Shown here piece by piece: positions 1 through 7,395 of a DNA stretch of 34,553 nt (position 1 is the stretch's first letter; the number at the start of each line of letters is the position of its first letter). Source of the stretch: a virus (taxonomy: Duplodnaviria; Caudoviricetes); the IMG/VR virus record IMGVR_UViG_3300045999_000501, positions 1-34,553 of that record; one strand, given 5' to 3'. The position numbers were made by a program, and so were the translations under genes. Below the pieces are notes generated by a model. It worked only from the letters and a program-made list of their open reading frames with translations, had not been told where the DNA came from and did no database searches.

Positions 1-127
1 TCTATAGCAGCTTTATATACCGCATTTATACAAATAGAACCCTTCGCATCTATGCCATTTCCGCCTGCCAAACGTGTAGAATTTGTGGTATGTAATAACC
101 CTGATCTATACGGTGAATACTCACCTG
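1..127. repeat. Terminal direct repeat, left copy (identical to 34427-34553); probable circular-assembly overlap
   Basis: tctatagcagc...gaatactcacctg occurs at both ends; 127 bp matches a common maximum assembler k-mer, and the repeat interrupts an ORF. Confidence 0.95.
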
Positions 128-327
128 AACCACATACCATTACAATTTCTAAAGGTCGCTGTGGGCATTTAGATACAGTTATAGCAACCCTTCTACATGA
201 GATGATTCACCAAATCATATACATTAAATATCCTAAATCAGAAAAATATCTATCACACAAAGGCGAGTTTAAAGCACTTAAAATGAAAGTCGCTAAACAA
301 TTTGGATTTGATCCTTTTGAACTATGA
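1..327 (+). CDS. SprT-like zinc metalloprotease, 3' part; true start is ATG 34409 across the circular junction (114 aa, MWITEDSIAALYTAF...)
   Basis: HEMIH (HExxH) plus downstream H-x-G-E-F motif; ATG 34409 follows the previous stop and is in frame with base 1. Confidence 0.75.
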   Translation, partial: SIAALYTAFIQIEPFASMPFPPAKRVEFVVCNNPDLYGEYSPEPHTITISKGRCGHLDTVIATLLHEMIHQIIYIKYPKSEKYLSHKGEFKALKMKVAKQFGFDPFEL

Positions 328-428
328 AAATACTAGACAAACTTAAAGAATTATTTACTAAAACCCCTAAGCCAGAACCAAAAGAACCACAACATCATCA
401 TCACAATCATGGGAGTTCTACAACATAA
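324..428 (+). CDS. Small His-rich peptide, 34 aa (MKILDKLKELFTKTPKPEPKEPQHHHHNHGSSTT), not in ORF track
   Basis: ATGA overlap with upstream stop and TAATG overlap with downstream start suggest translational coupling. Confidence 0.55.
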   Translation: MKILDKLKELFTKTPKPEPKEPQHHHHNHGSSTT

Positions 429-814
429 TGACTAGCTTATTATCACTTATATTACCAGCATTAGTGCCGGCAGTTGCTGACGGTGCTAGAGGTCTTATTG
501 CAAAGTTTACAGGTGGTGCAGGTGGACAGCCACAAAATATTAAAGAACGCATAGAACTTATGAAAGCTGAGTCTGAAAAGTTACAGGCTTTAGCTGCACT
601 AGATACACCTACTGGCGAACCTTCTAAATGGATTATTAATCTTCGTGCATCTTTTAGATATATCATTATTAGTTCTATTATGATCTTTACAGGCATTATT
701 GTATTTAATTCAAATGTTGTAGGTACTACTGTAGTTGCAATATTTCTTGATATGACTGGTGCTTGCATGAGTTTTGTTATTGGCGAAAGAATGTATTTGG
801 CTATTAAAAGATGA
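428..814 (+). CDS. Putative holin (3-TM type)
   Basis: N-terminal hydrophobic segment, two C-terminal TM helices, W..NLRASFR and F..GER motifs; directly upstream of the lysin. Confidence 0.65.
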   Translation: MTSLLSLILPALVPAVADGARGLIAKFTGGAGGQPQNIKERIELMKAESEKLQALAALDTPTGEPSKWIINLRASFRYIIISSIMIFTGIIVFNSNVVGTTVVAIFLDMTGACMSFVIGERMYLAIKR

Positions 815-1200
815 AATTACGACTAGAAAGATTTGAATATGGAAGCACATATACTATCGGCAGATTCTATATTGATGGTGTTTATCATAGTTTTTCTTTA
901 GAAGATGTAGTTAGAAAAGGGGATAAAGTTTATGGACAAACAGCTATTCCGAATGGCACTTACTCTGTCATTATTGATCTTTCTGCTCGTTTTCGTAAGC
1001 AACTTCCCCATGTATTAAATGTACCTAATTTTAAAGGTGTTAGGATTCATCCTGGCAATACATCTAAAGACACAGAAGGATGTATCTTACTTGGCACAAC
1101 TTGGACAGGTGGAGATTTTATAGGTAACTCTCGTACAGCGTTTAATTCATTTTTTGAAAAGTTAAAAGAAGCTAAAACAGCTACGCTTGTTATATGCTAG
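811..1200 (+). CDS. DUF5675-family putative endolysin (L,D-transpeptidase-like His/Cys motif)
   Basis: TAIPxGTY, IHPGNT and DTEGCILLG motifs; lysis-cassette position. Confidence 0.75.
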   Translation: MKLRLERFEYGSTYTIGRFYIDGVYHSFSLEDVVRKGDKVYGQTAIPNGTYSVIIDLSARFRKQLPHVLNVPNFKGVRIHPGNTSKDTEGCILLGTTWTGGDFIGNSRTAFNSFFEKLKEAKTATLVIC

Positions 1201-1301
1201 ATTACATTATCTGCTACACGCTTTGTGCTATAAATGACATTAAATATATTCTTGCAATTATCTTAATACTTATAGTGTATAATAGTGTAACTCAACACTA
1301 G
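1194..1301 (+). CDS. Small hydrophobic protein, 35 aa (MLDYIICYTLCAINDIKYILAIILILIVYNSVTQH)
   Basis: Fills the gap between lysin and exonuclease; one TM segment. Confidence 0.4.
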   Translation: MLDYIICYTLCAINDIKYILAIILILIVYNSVTQH

Positions 1302-1309
1302 GAGTAGTT

Positions 1310-2047
1310 ATGAAGATATTGCTTTTGGATATTGAATGTGCGCCAAATTTAGCAACAGTCTGGGGTATCTGGCAACAAAACGTAGCTCTTAACCAACTCT
1401 TAGAATCATCTTATACCTTATGCTACGCAGCTAAATGGTATGGTGAATCAAAAATCATGTTTGATTCTATTTACAAAACAGATCGTAAAAGTATGTTAAA
1501 TAGCATACATACGTTAATTGAAGAAGCTGACGTAGTAGTTCACTATAATGGTTTACGATTTGATATGCCAATGCTCAACAAAGAGTTTCTTGAAGCCAAA
1601 ATGCAACCACCAAGCCCTGTTAAACATATTGATTTATTAAGAGTAGTAAAAAGTAATTTTAGATTTGTTTCTAATAAACTAGATTATGTATCACAGCGTT
1701 TAGGATTAGGCAAAAAGACTGACCATGAAGGCCATGAATTATGGCTAAAAGTTATGAATAATGATCGTGCAGCATGGAAACGAATGGAAGAATACAATAA
1801 GAATGATGTTGTATTACTTGAAAAACTTTATGACAGACTTAAAGGATGGATTAAACAACATCCTAACCATAATGCGTATTCTGCAAATCCTTGCTGCCCA
1901 AATTGCGGTTCACGCAAATTAAACAAACGTGGCACAGTAAGATCAAGAGTATCAGTATTTCAAAGGTTTCAATGTCAATCTTGTGGTGCTTGGGCTAGAT
2001 CTGCTACTAAAGAAAAAATCGGTACAGAATCACTTATTAATATTTAA
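1310..2047 (+). CDS. RNase H-like (DEDD/DnaQ-type) 3'-5' exonuclease with C-terminal zinc ribbon
   Basis: LDIE (ExoI), YNGLRFD (ExoII), YNKNDV (ExoIII); CPNC...CQSC; RBS AGGAG. Confidence 0.85.
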   Translation: MKILLLDIECAPNLATVWGIWQQNVALNQLLESSYTLCYAAKWYGESKIMFDSIYKTDRKSMLNSIHTLIEEADVVVHYNGLRFDMPMLNKEFLEAKMQPPSPVKHIDLLRVVKSNFRFVSNKLDYVSQRLGLGKKTDHEGHELWLKVMNNDRAAWKRMEEYNKNDVVLLEKLYDRLKGWIKQHPNHNAYSANPCCPNCGSRKLNKRGTVRSRVSVFQRFQCQSCGAWARSATKEKIGTESLINI

Positions 2048-2055
2048 GGATATAT

Positions 2056-2238
2056 ATGGCAATCACAGCACAACAAATATGCGATCACCTTGTAGGTAAA
2101 ACTGTTGTGTCTGCTGAACTAGATTATGGCGATAACATAATCATCTTAGAAATATCAGATGGATCATATATTGAGATTTCAGGCGAAGAACTATCGCTAT
2201 ACGCTGAATTAAGCCAAGATGATGATACTATTCACTAA
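2056..2238 (+). CDS. Hypothetical acidic protein
   Basis: ORF with AAGGA RBS. Confidence 0.6.
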   Translation: MAITAQQICDHLVGKTVVSAELDYGDNIIILEISDGSYIEISGEELSLYAELSQDDDTIH

Positions 2239-2245
2239 ATAAAAG

Positions 2246-2269
2246 AAAAGGGCTAGAACAGCCCTTTTT
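2246..2269. terminator. Bidirectional intrinsic terminator between convergent blocks
   Basis: aaaagggct-agaac-agccctttt stem with A-tract before and T-tract after. Confidence 0.8.
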
Positions 2270-2368
2270 GTGCGTTTTAAGTACCGTTAAGCCTACGTTA
2301 GAGGATGTAATAAGTTTAGTATTTTTAGGCTTTCTGCTAAACGTGTAGTAATTACCAAATCTAGGTAC

Positions 2369-2656
2369 TTAATCATCTATCATTTCAATACGCTGTAATT
2401 GAGCAGCAATCTCTGGCGGATTAATAGCTTCAGGTGCATGTTTCTTTCTATGCTCTAATAACTTTTGTTTATAAAAATCAGATTTTTGCAAATCTAATTC
2501 ATAACTACCTTTAAATGGGTATCTCAAATCATAGGCCATTTTACTTCCCATAAGATAACCTTCAAATTGCTCAGGTGTTAGTTTTGCTTCAATTACATCT
2601 ATGCTTTCAATACCACCCACAGTATAGTGAGGTGGCTTGTTTACCATATCAACCAT
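2369..2656 (-). CDS. DUF3310-family protein (related to T7 gp1.7-type nucleotide kinases)
   Basis: DMVNKPPHY..GGIESIDVIE..GYLMG....YDLR....DLQK pattern. Confidence 0.75.
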   Translation of the reverse strand: MVDMVNKPPHYTVGGIESIDVIEAKLTPEQFEGYLMGSKMAYDLRYPFKGSYELDLQKSDFYKQKLLEHRKKHAPEAINPPEIAAQLQRIEMIDD

Positions 2657-2658
2657 GT

Positions 2659-2775
2659 TTATCCCCTTATAAAAAATAAATTAACAATATCATAACAACC
2701 ATATATAAAACCAAAAACACTCAAGCCAATTAACAAATAAATACACCAATCAATTACTTTTTCTAAAAAATCCAT
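2659..2775 (-). CDS. Small membrane protein, 38 aa (MDFLEKVIDWCIYLLIGLSVFGFIYGCYDIVNLFFIRG)
   Basis: Tiles between neighbours; GGAG upstream; single TM. Confidence 0.55.
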   Translation of the reverse strand: MDFLEKVIDWCIYLLIGLSVFGFIYGCYDIVNLFFIRG

Positions 2776-3014
2776 TTTCCATACTCCCTTCCAACTTCAA
2801 CAGATACATAATTTCTATTTTTAAATCGCTTATCTAATTCGTTATTATAAGTCCATTTAGGTAAAGTAAAATAGCCTTGACTTTCCAAGTATTTTAATCG
2901 CTTTCTACAAACCACACATTTTTGCACAATTTCTTTAATACTAGCATTTGGATTTTCTTGCAAATACTTAATAATAAATTTTGCTTGGCGTTGGTCGTCT
3001 AGCATAGTGTACAT
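2763..3014 (-). CDS. Hypothetical protein, possible winged HTH
   Basis: IIKYLQENPNASIKEI...RLKYLESQGY resembles a wHTH. Confidence 0.5.
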   Translation of the reverse strand: MYTMLDDQRQAKFIIKYLQENPNASIKEIVQKCVVCRKRLKYLESQGYFTLPKWTYNNELDKRFKNRNYVSVEVGREYGKWIF

Positions 3015-3247
3015 TATAGTCCACCATGAGCTTCTGCTAATCTTTTACTATCGTATTTAGATATGCCTTTATATTCTTCTACTTCATCACCTGCATACAA
3101 AGGTGTAATCTTTATGTGGTGAGTTGTATTTTTTAGATCATTTAAATATGACAACTGATTGGGATGAAATGACCATAGGTAAGATTTTTTAAGATCACCT
3201 GACTTAACGTCATATTCTTCGTAAAGGTAAGCTAGTGGAGTTTTCAT
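3014..3247 (-). CDS. Hypothetical protein
   Basis: Stop/start overlaps with both neighbours. Confidence 0.6.
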   Translation of the reverse strand: MKTPLAYLYEEYDVKSGDLKKSYLWSFHPNQLSYLNDLKNTTHHIKITPLYAGDEVEEYKGISKYDSKRLAEAHGGL

Positions 3248-3630
3248 TAGTAAAATACCATCCTTCCTATGTGTGTAATTTTTTTATGACCAAACCACGA
3301 ATGTTTTGGACTAATACTGTCATCATGGAAGTATAAAGCATTTGCAACTGGGTTAGCGTATTTATTAAATACAATTGCATCAAGCACCAGTAATTGCGTT
3401 TCAAGATATGTCTTTTTATCAATTTTCTTATGGCTTTTGTCTGAAATGCCAATAAATTGCCCAGAAGCATTAATAACACCGCATACACTAGAACCCCAGC
3501 GACCAGATTTAACCCTATTACGAATGACATTAATGACACCTAGCTTCTCCTCTAATGATCTTGTATTAACTTCATGGTAAACAGCAGTAGCATAACACGA
3601 AACGTCTAATTCTAAATGGTGTATATCCAT
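3247..3630 (-). CDS. SleB/Hydrolase_2-family cell-wall hydrolase (lytic transglycosylase)
   Basis: AVYHE (catalytic Glu), V..VIRNRV, VCGVI....QF, ALYFH and C-terminal IGRMVFY. Confidence 0.85.
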   Translation of the reverse strand: MDIHHLELDVSCYATAVYHEVNTRSLEEKLGVINVIRNRVKSGRWGSSVCGVINASGQFIGISDKSHKKIDKKTYLETQLLVLDAIVFNKYANPVANALYFHDDSISPKHSWFGHKKITHIGRMVFY

Positions 3631-3685
3631 ATATTACACTATAGCTTTTAATGATTTTACTGTTACCCCAAAACCTGTATAAGCG

Positions 3686-3717
3686 TATAATTCACATATA
3701 AATCTAAAAGAAAGGAG
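3686..3717 (+). promoter_or_regulatory. -10 box and RBS of pqqA
   Basis: TATAAT at 3686-3691 (weak -35); AAAGGAG at 3711-3717, 7 nt before ATG. Confidence 0.6.
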
Positions 3718-3724
3718 ATCTACT

Positions 3725-3796
3725 ATGTGGACTAAACCAGCAGCTACAGAAATGCGTTTTGGCTTTGAAGTTACAATGTACGTCATGAACAAGTAA
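3725..3796 (+). CDS. pqqA: Pyrroloquinoline quinone precursor peptide PqqA, 23 aa (MWTKPAATEMRFGFEVTMYVMNK)
   Basis: MWxKP...MRFGFEVTMY signature with the conserved E-x-x-x-Y; canonical length; strong RBS; too short for the ORF track. Confidence 0.95.
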   Translation: MWTKPAATEMRFGFEVTMYVMNK

Positions 3797-3806
3797 TTAG
3801 TTATAA

Positions 3807-3844
3807 ATGATGGGGATGCTCCTAGAAAGGAACATCTCCGTCAT
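3807..3844 (+). terminator. Long hairpin just 3' of pqqA (terminator or stabiliser)
   Basis: atgatggggatg-c-tcct-agaa-agga-a-catctccgtcat; pairs with G-U only on the + strand; poor U-tract. Confidence 0.55.
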
Positions 3845-4091
3845 CTTCAACATCTGCACCCTTAGCAGATTCTTGTGTGGGTTGTGTTCTTGGGATAGCT
3901 TGTTTACCAAGACTAAATTTCAAATCACCTTTTTCAGGCCTATCAGTAATATTAATGTAATAAGCTGTGTTAGGTTGTATATCTTCTGGTGTAATTAAAG
4001 TGCCTTGATAATCGGCCATCCAATCTTCAGTCTTTCTTGTGTTAGGTCTTAAATACGCAATTCCTGGTTTTGGTATAAATCCTTCAGCCAT
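3822..4091 (-). CDS. Putative single-stranded DNA-binding protein
   Basis: Acidic C-terminal tail DDGDVPF; follows exonuclease and annealing protein. Confidence 0.7.
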   Translation of the reverse strand: MAEGFIPKPGIAYLRPNTRKTEDWMADYQGTLITPEDIQPNTAYYINITDRPEKGDLKFSLGKQAIPRTQPTQESAKGADVEDDGDVPF

Positions 4092-4094
4092 ACA

Positions 4095-4643
4095 TTACTC
4101 CTTAATATAAATTGGTTTACGTTTCCATCTTGTTGGTTCTACATCTGTTTCTACAAACTCCATGAATTCTAGCAGTAAAGGTGTATACCAGTCAAGCCAT
4201 TTATCATCTTTCTTAATTAGCTCAACTGTAATGCCATTTGGTGTCCACACACTAAACCATCCCTGCTCAGCTTTATTACAATGTATTTGCATCTGTACTT
4301 GCCAATAATAGCGTTCAGGTATAGTAGGGTAGAATTCCATACTGAAAGGGCATTTTAGCTCTACAGTATCCCCTAATAAATAAGCATCAGGACTTGCACC
4401 CATAGGCAAAGTATCATGCACTATAAGTTTATTACCAGGCTTACATATCTCGCCCATTTCTCTTTCAAAAGCTGACAAAGCATCTTTCTCATGTAAGTTA
4501 CCCCATGCAGTAGCTTCATTACCTTCAAATGGTGGTTCACGCATAGTCATCTGCCGCCAGAGCTTTTGTCTTTCATTGACAGAAGCCCAAGCATTAGATG
4601 CTGTTACTATGTTATGCCTACGATTGTCAGTTAAGTGACTCAT
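4095..4643 (-). CDS. YqaJ/lambda-exonuclease family recombination nuclease
   Basis: TAS, WG..HE, GASPDA, ELKCP and YYWQVQMQ motifs. Confidence 0.9.
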   Translation of the reverse strand: MSHLTDNRRHNIVTASNAWASVNERQKLWRQMTMREPPFEGNEATAWGNLHEKDALSAFEREMGEICKPGNKLIVHDTLPMGASPDAYLLGDTVELKCPFSMEFYPTIPERYYWQVQMQIHCNKAEQGWFSVWTPNGITVELIKKDDKWLDWYTPLLLEFMEFVETDVEPTRWKRKPIYIKE

Positions 4644-5152
4644 GCAGACTTTTTAAGCTCATTAGCATATTCACGCAATTCTTCTTGAATAGCTGGTGTT
4701 AAACTAAAAAACGCTTCTTTAAGTTTACCTGTTTTGTTAGCTTCTAAAAGTTTGTTTTTAGCAACTGTTAATTGAGCTTCAGTAACCACTTCTTTAACTG
4801 GATTACTTTGTTGGTGAATAGCATTAACAACTTCATTAGCTGAAGCAAACTCACTACCAGCAAGACCAAGACAAGCCAAAGCCCTACCGATAGAAGAAGT
4901 TTCACAATTTTCCACATAAGATGTACCATTAATCTGACTAGCCTTTCTAAACTCTTGTGCATGGCCTGTAGCTACAATCTTGCTTTCAGGGTTTACAATC
5001 TGAGTTTTAATTACACATTGGTCATCATCAAGTTTTACAATTTCAGTCATAATTGACCAGCCTTTGTAAATTGTTGATTCCCTAAATTCATTAACTCTAA
5101 GGGCAACTGTTTTGTATTCCTTGCCACGAATATTTACGATACCGTTACTCAT
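4640..5152 (-). CDS. Putative single-strand annealing protein (Rad52/Sak-like)
   Basis: ATGHAQE...ENCETSSIGRAL...G motif; coupled to YqaJ exonuclease. Confidence 0.6.
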   Translation of the reverse strand: MSNGIVNIRGKEYKTVALRVNEFRESTIYKGWSIMTEIVKLDDDQCVIKTQIVNPESKIVATGHAQEFRKASQINGTSYVENCETSSIGRALACLGLAGSEFASANEVVNAIHQQSNPVKEVVTEAQLTVAKNKLLEANKTGKLKEAFFSLTPAIQEELREYANELKKSA

Positions 5153-5370
5153 TCACATTCTCCTTTGCATTTTCCACAGCAGATTCTAGCATCTCCAGTT
5201 CTTGCATCACTTGTTGATAAAACATCAGTTGATCCATATTTAGCATCCATCCTATCGTTATGTTCTTTTAAATCTTGGTTGATTAATTGTAACTGTTTTA
5301 ATATTTCTGATACAGGCTTTAACATATAATTCTCCAGGCAAAGTATGCTACAAACACGATCATAAAGCAA
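5149..5370 (-). CDS. Hypothetical protein (likely start at the internal MLKPVSE)
   Basis: GGAG precedes the internal ATG; the 5' extension overlaps another small ORF. Confidence 0.45.
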   Translation of the reverse strand: MLYDRVCSILCLENYMLKPVSEILKQLQLINQDLKEHNDRMDAKYGSTDVLSTSDARTGDARICCGKCKGECE

Positions 5371-5390
5371 ACAATAAATTTAGTCATCAT
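5319..5390 (-). CDS. Small membrane peptide, 23 aa (MMTKFIVCFMIVFVAYFAWRIIC)
   Basis: AGGAG RBS; tiles the early operon. Confidence 0.5.
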   Translation of the reverse strand: MMTKFIVCFMIVFVAYFAWRIIC

Positions 5391-5490
5391 GTTTCTCCTG
5401 TTGATCTAATAAATGTTCAGCTAACTGTTCTTGCTGTTCAAGACGTTCCATATCGTCTAAGTACGCATCAGGATCTAAATGTCTTTCCAT
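5380..5490 (-). CDS. Small acidic protein, 36 aa (MERHLDPDAYLDDMERLEQQEQLAEHLLDQQEKHDD)
   Basis: AGGAG RBS; TAATG overlap with upstream gene. Confidence 0.6.
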   Translation of the reverse strand: MERHLDPDAYLDDMERLEQQEQLAEHLLDQQEKHDD

Positions 5491-5585
5491 TATATTGCTC
5501 CTGCTAACTTGCCCATAACATATAGGCATAATGCTACATAACACCAGAACGCTATTGCTGTTACTATCATTGTTTTAATTTTCAT
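5490..5585 (-). CDS. Small membrane peptide, 31 aa (MKIKTMIVTAIAFWCYVALCLYVMGKLAGAI); first leftward early gene
   Basis: TAGGAG RBS; directly downstream of the leftward promoter. Confidence 0.6.
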   Translation of the reverse strand: MKIKTMIVTAIAFWCYVALCLYVMGKLAGAI

Positions 5586-5618
5586 GCTTTACTCCTAAGG
5601 GTTGTTGAAGTAATACCC

Positions 5619-5646
5619 ATGTTAGACCTATTTTGAAACATGTCAA
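5619..5646 (-). promoter_or_regulatory. Leftward sigma70-type early promoter
   Basis: TTGACA (5646-5641), 16 nt, TAACAT (5624-5619); AT-rich upstream. Confidence 0.6.
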
Positions 5647-5669
5647 GTAATTTATATAAAAAAAATAGT

Positions 5670-5698
5670 TTGCTTCTAGAATTTACATATGGTAATGT
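5670..5698 (+). promoter_or_regulatory. Rightward sigma70-type promoter with extended -10
   Basis: TTGCTT, 17 nt, TAATGT preceded by TGn; A-tract upstream. Confidence 0.55.
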
Positions 5699-5705
5699 TT
5701 TTCAC

Positions 5706-5882
5706 ATGGATATTTTGCGATTTATTATATTAGATGAATTTGACGGAAAACCGCTAAGAGCCTTTAGTAATAGGGCTTCTGCTAAGTGGTTTCTAGAGAA
5801 TAGGCCTAATTGTAAGTTGCAAGTTATACCTAAAGCAAAATCTGTGCCAATCACAGAATTATACGAAGAATGTTTATTTTAG
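5706..5882 (+). CDS. Hypothetical protein (MDILRFIILDEFDGKP...), probably leaderless
   Basis: Track start 5640 lies inside the promoter region; ATG 5706 is 7 nt after the -10 and has no SD. Confidence 0.55.
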   Translation: MDILRFIILDEFDGKPLRAFSNRASAKWFLENRPNCKLQVIPKAKSVPITELYEECLF

Positions 5883-5890
5883 GAGAATGT

Positions 5891-6484
5891 ATGAGAATTA
5901 AGAACTGGGATAAATACAATCATTACAAGCATAAATCAGATATGAAATGGTTTAAGTGTTATGGCCGAGATCTGCTAAATGACGCTGATTTTATGATGAT
6001 GGATGATGTTAAGCAAGTCACATTATTTAAACTTTGGTGTTTAGCTAGTGAATCACAAGGCAATTTACCACAAATTTCAGAGATTGCATTTAGATTAAGA
6101 AAGCCTATAGATTTTGTAGAAAAAATGTTGAAAGAACTTGATTCTTGGCTGGTTACAGGAGAAAGTCTAGATAAAGTCTATACAAATGCTATAGCAGATA
6201 AGATAAGAGAAGATAAGATAATAAAAACCTTTCGTAGGTTTGATGAATTTTGGAATGAGTATCCGAGTATCAGAAAACAAAATAAAAAAGGTTGTTTGGA
6301 AAAGTGGAAAGCAAAAGACCTTGACCTAATTGCTGATAAGGTGATAGGCTATGTCAAAATGATGAAACAAACTAGACAATGGAAAGAAGGATTTGTATGT
6401 GCGCCTATTGTGCTATTGAACCAGGAAAGATGGGAAGATGGTTCTTTAGAAAATGTGCGTAAAGTTTGGGAAGGTGGCATATGA
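5891..6484 (+). CDS. Replication initiator (lambda O-like)
   Basis: AGGAG before MRIKNW; WFK..., FDEFWNEYP and LLNQERWED motifs; internal iterons; precedes helicase. Confidence 0.75.
   Translation: MRIKNWDKYNHYKHKSDMKWFKCYGRDLLNDADFMMMDDVKQVTLFKLWCLASESQGNLPQISEIAFRLRKPIDFVEKMLKELDSWLVTGESLDKVYTNAIADKIREDKIIKTFRRFDEFWNEYPSIRKQNKKGCLEKWKAKDLDLIADKVIGYVKMMKQTRQWKEGFVCAPIVLLNQERWEDGSLENVRKVWEGGI
6162..6227. repeat. Putative replication origin: three 11-bp iterons plus a purine-rich (AGATA)n tract
   Basis: aaagtctagat/aaagtctatac/aaatgctatag then agata agata agaga agata agata. Confidence 0.6.
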
Positions 6485-7395
6485 ATTTAGGCGAAGTCAT
6501 TGACAAGCTCACAGTAACTCAAGAAGCAGTTAAAGAGTTTTACAATGGTGGATATGCACAATCCGAGTTTAAGGTAAAAGACACTTCGGTCTTTACAGAA
6601 GATGTTGTTAAATACTTTAACGAAGAAATACATTCAGGGAAGTCATTAGGATGGATAAAAACTGAAGATAAGTTTAGAGTCCGTCATGCAGAGTTTACTG
6701 TGATTACTGGGCCATCTGGTCATGGTAAATCTATGTGGTTATCACAAGTAATTTTGTCTATGATGAAGCAGCAAGGTAAATGTTTGGTAGCCAGCCTTGA
6801 AATGCGACCAGTATTAACTTTATCAAGAATGATTGCACAAGCATTAGGATCACAAGAACCTACAGATGATTACATACGAAAGTTTTGTGAAAGAGCTGCA
6901 GAAAAACTTTGGATATACGATCAGACAGGAACGACCACATCACAGGATATGTTTGCAACGCTTTATTATTCTAAACACATTCTTGGTGTATCAGTAGTGG
7001 TGATTGATAGTTTAATGAAGCTCCAAGATGTAACCGAAGAAAGTTTAGATAGGCAAAAAGCCTTTTGTAATTCTTTAGCTGTGATATGTCGTGATCTTGA
7101 CATACATGTATTTTTAGTAGCACATACAAGGAAAATGAAAGATGAAACTGAAATACCTGATGCGACTGATATTATGGGTTCTAGTCACATACGCAATCTA
7201 TGCGATAATATCATATGTGTATGGCGTAATCGTGCGAAAGAGAAATTAGTTGAAGAAAACAAAACCCCTGAAGAAGAACTTAAAATCATTCCAGATGCAA
7301 AAGTATTTGTTCAAAAGCAGCGCAATGCACAATGGGAAGGTAGCTTTAATTTCTGGTTTGATCCTAAAGGATTACGTTACAAGGAGAGTCCATGA
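6481..7395 (+). CDS. DnaB-like (SF4) replicative helicase
   Basis: Walker A GPSGHGKS, SLEM, VVVIDSL, LVAH and KQRN motifs; ATGA overlap with initiator. Confidence 0.9.
   Translation: MNLGEVIDKLTVTQEAVKEFYNGGYAQSEFKVKDTSVFTEDVVKYFNEEIHSGKSLGWIKTEDKFRVRHAEFTVITGPSGHGKSMWLSQVILSMMKQQGKCLVASLEMRPVLTLSRMIAQALGSQEPTDDYIRKFCERAAEKLWIYDQTGTTTSQDMFATLYYSKHILGVSVVVIDSLMKLQDVTEESLDRQKAFCNSLAVICRDLDIHVFLVAHTRKMKDETEIPDATDIMGSSHIRNLCDNIICVWRNRAKEKLVEENKTPEEELKIIPDAKVFVQKQRNAQWEGSFNFWFDPKGLRYKESP

Noticed and set aside
3807-3998. 63-aa + strand ORF after pqqA as a further pqq gene
   Set aside because: No Pqq motifs, no RBS, antisense to the SSB gene and starts inside the hairpin
5640-5705. 5' extension of the 80-aa track ORF
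   Set aside because: Runs through both predicted promoters
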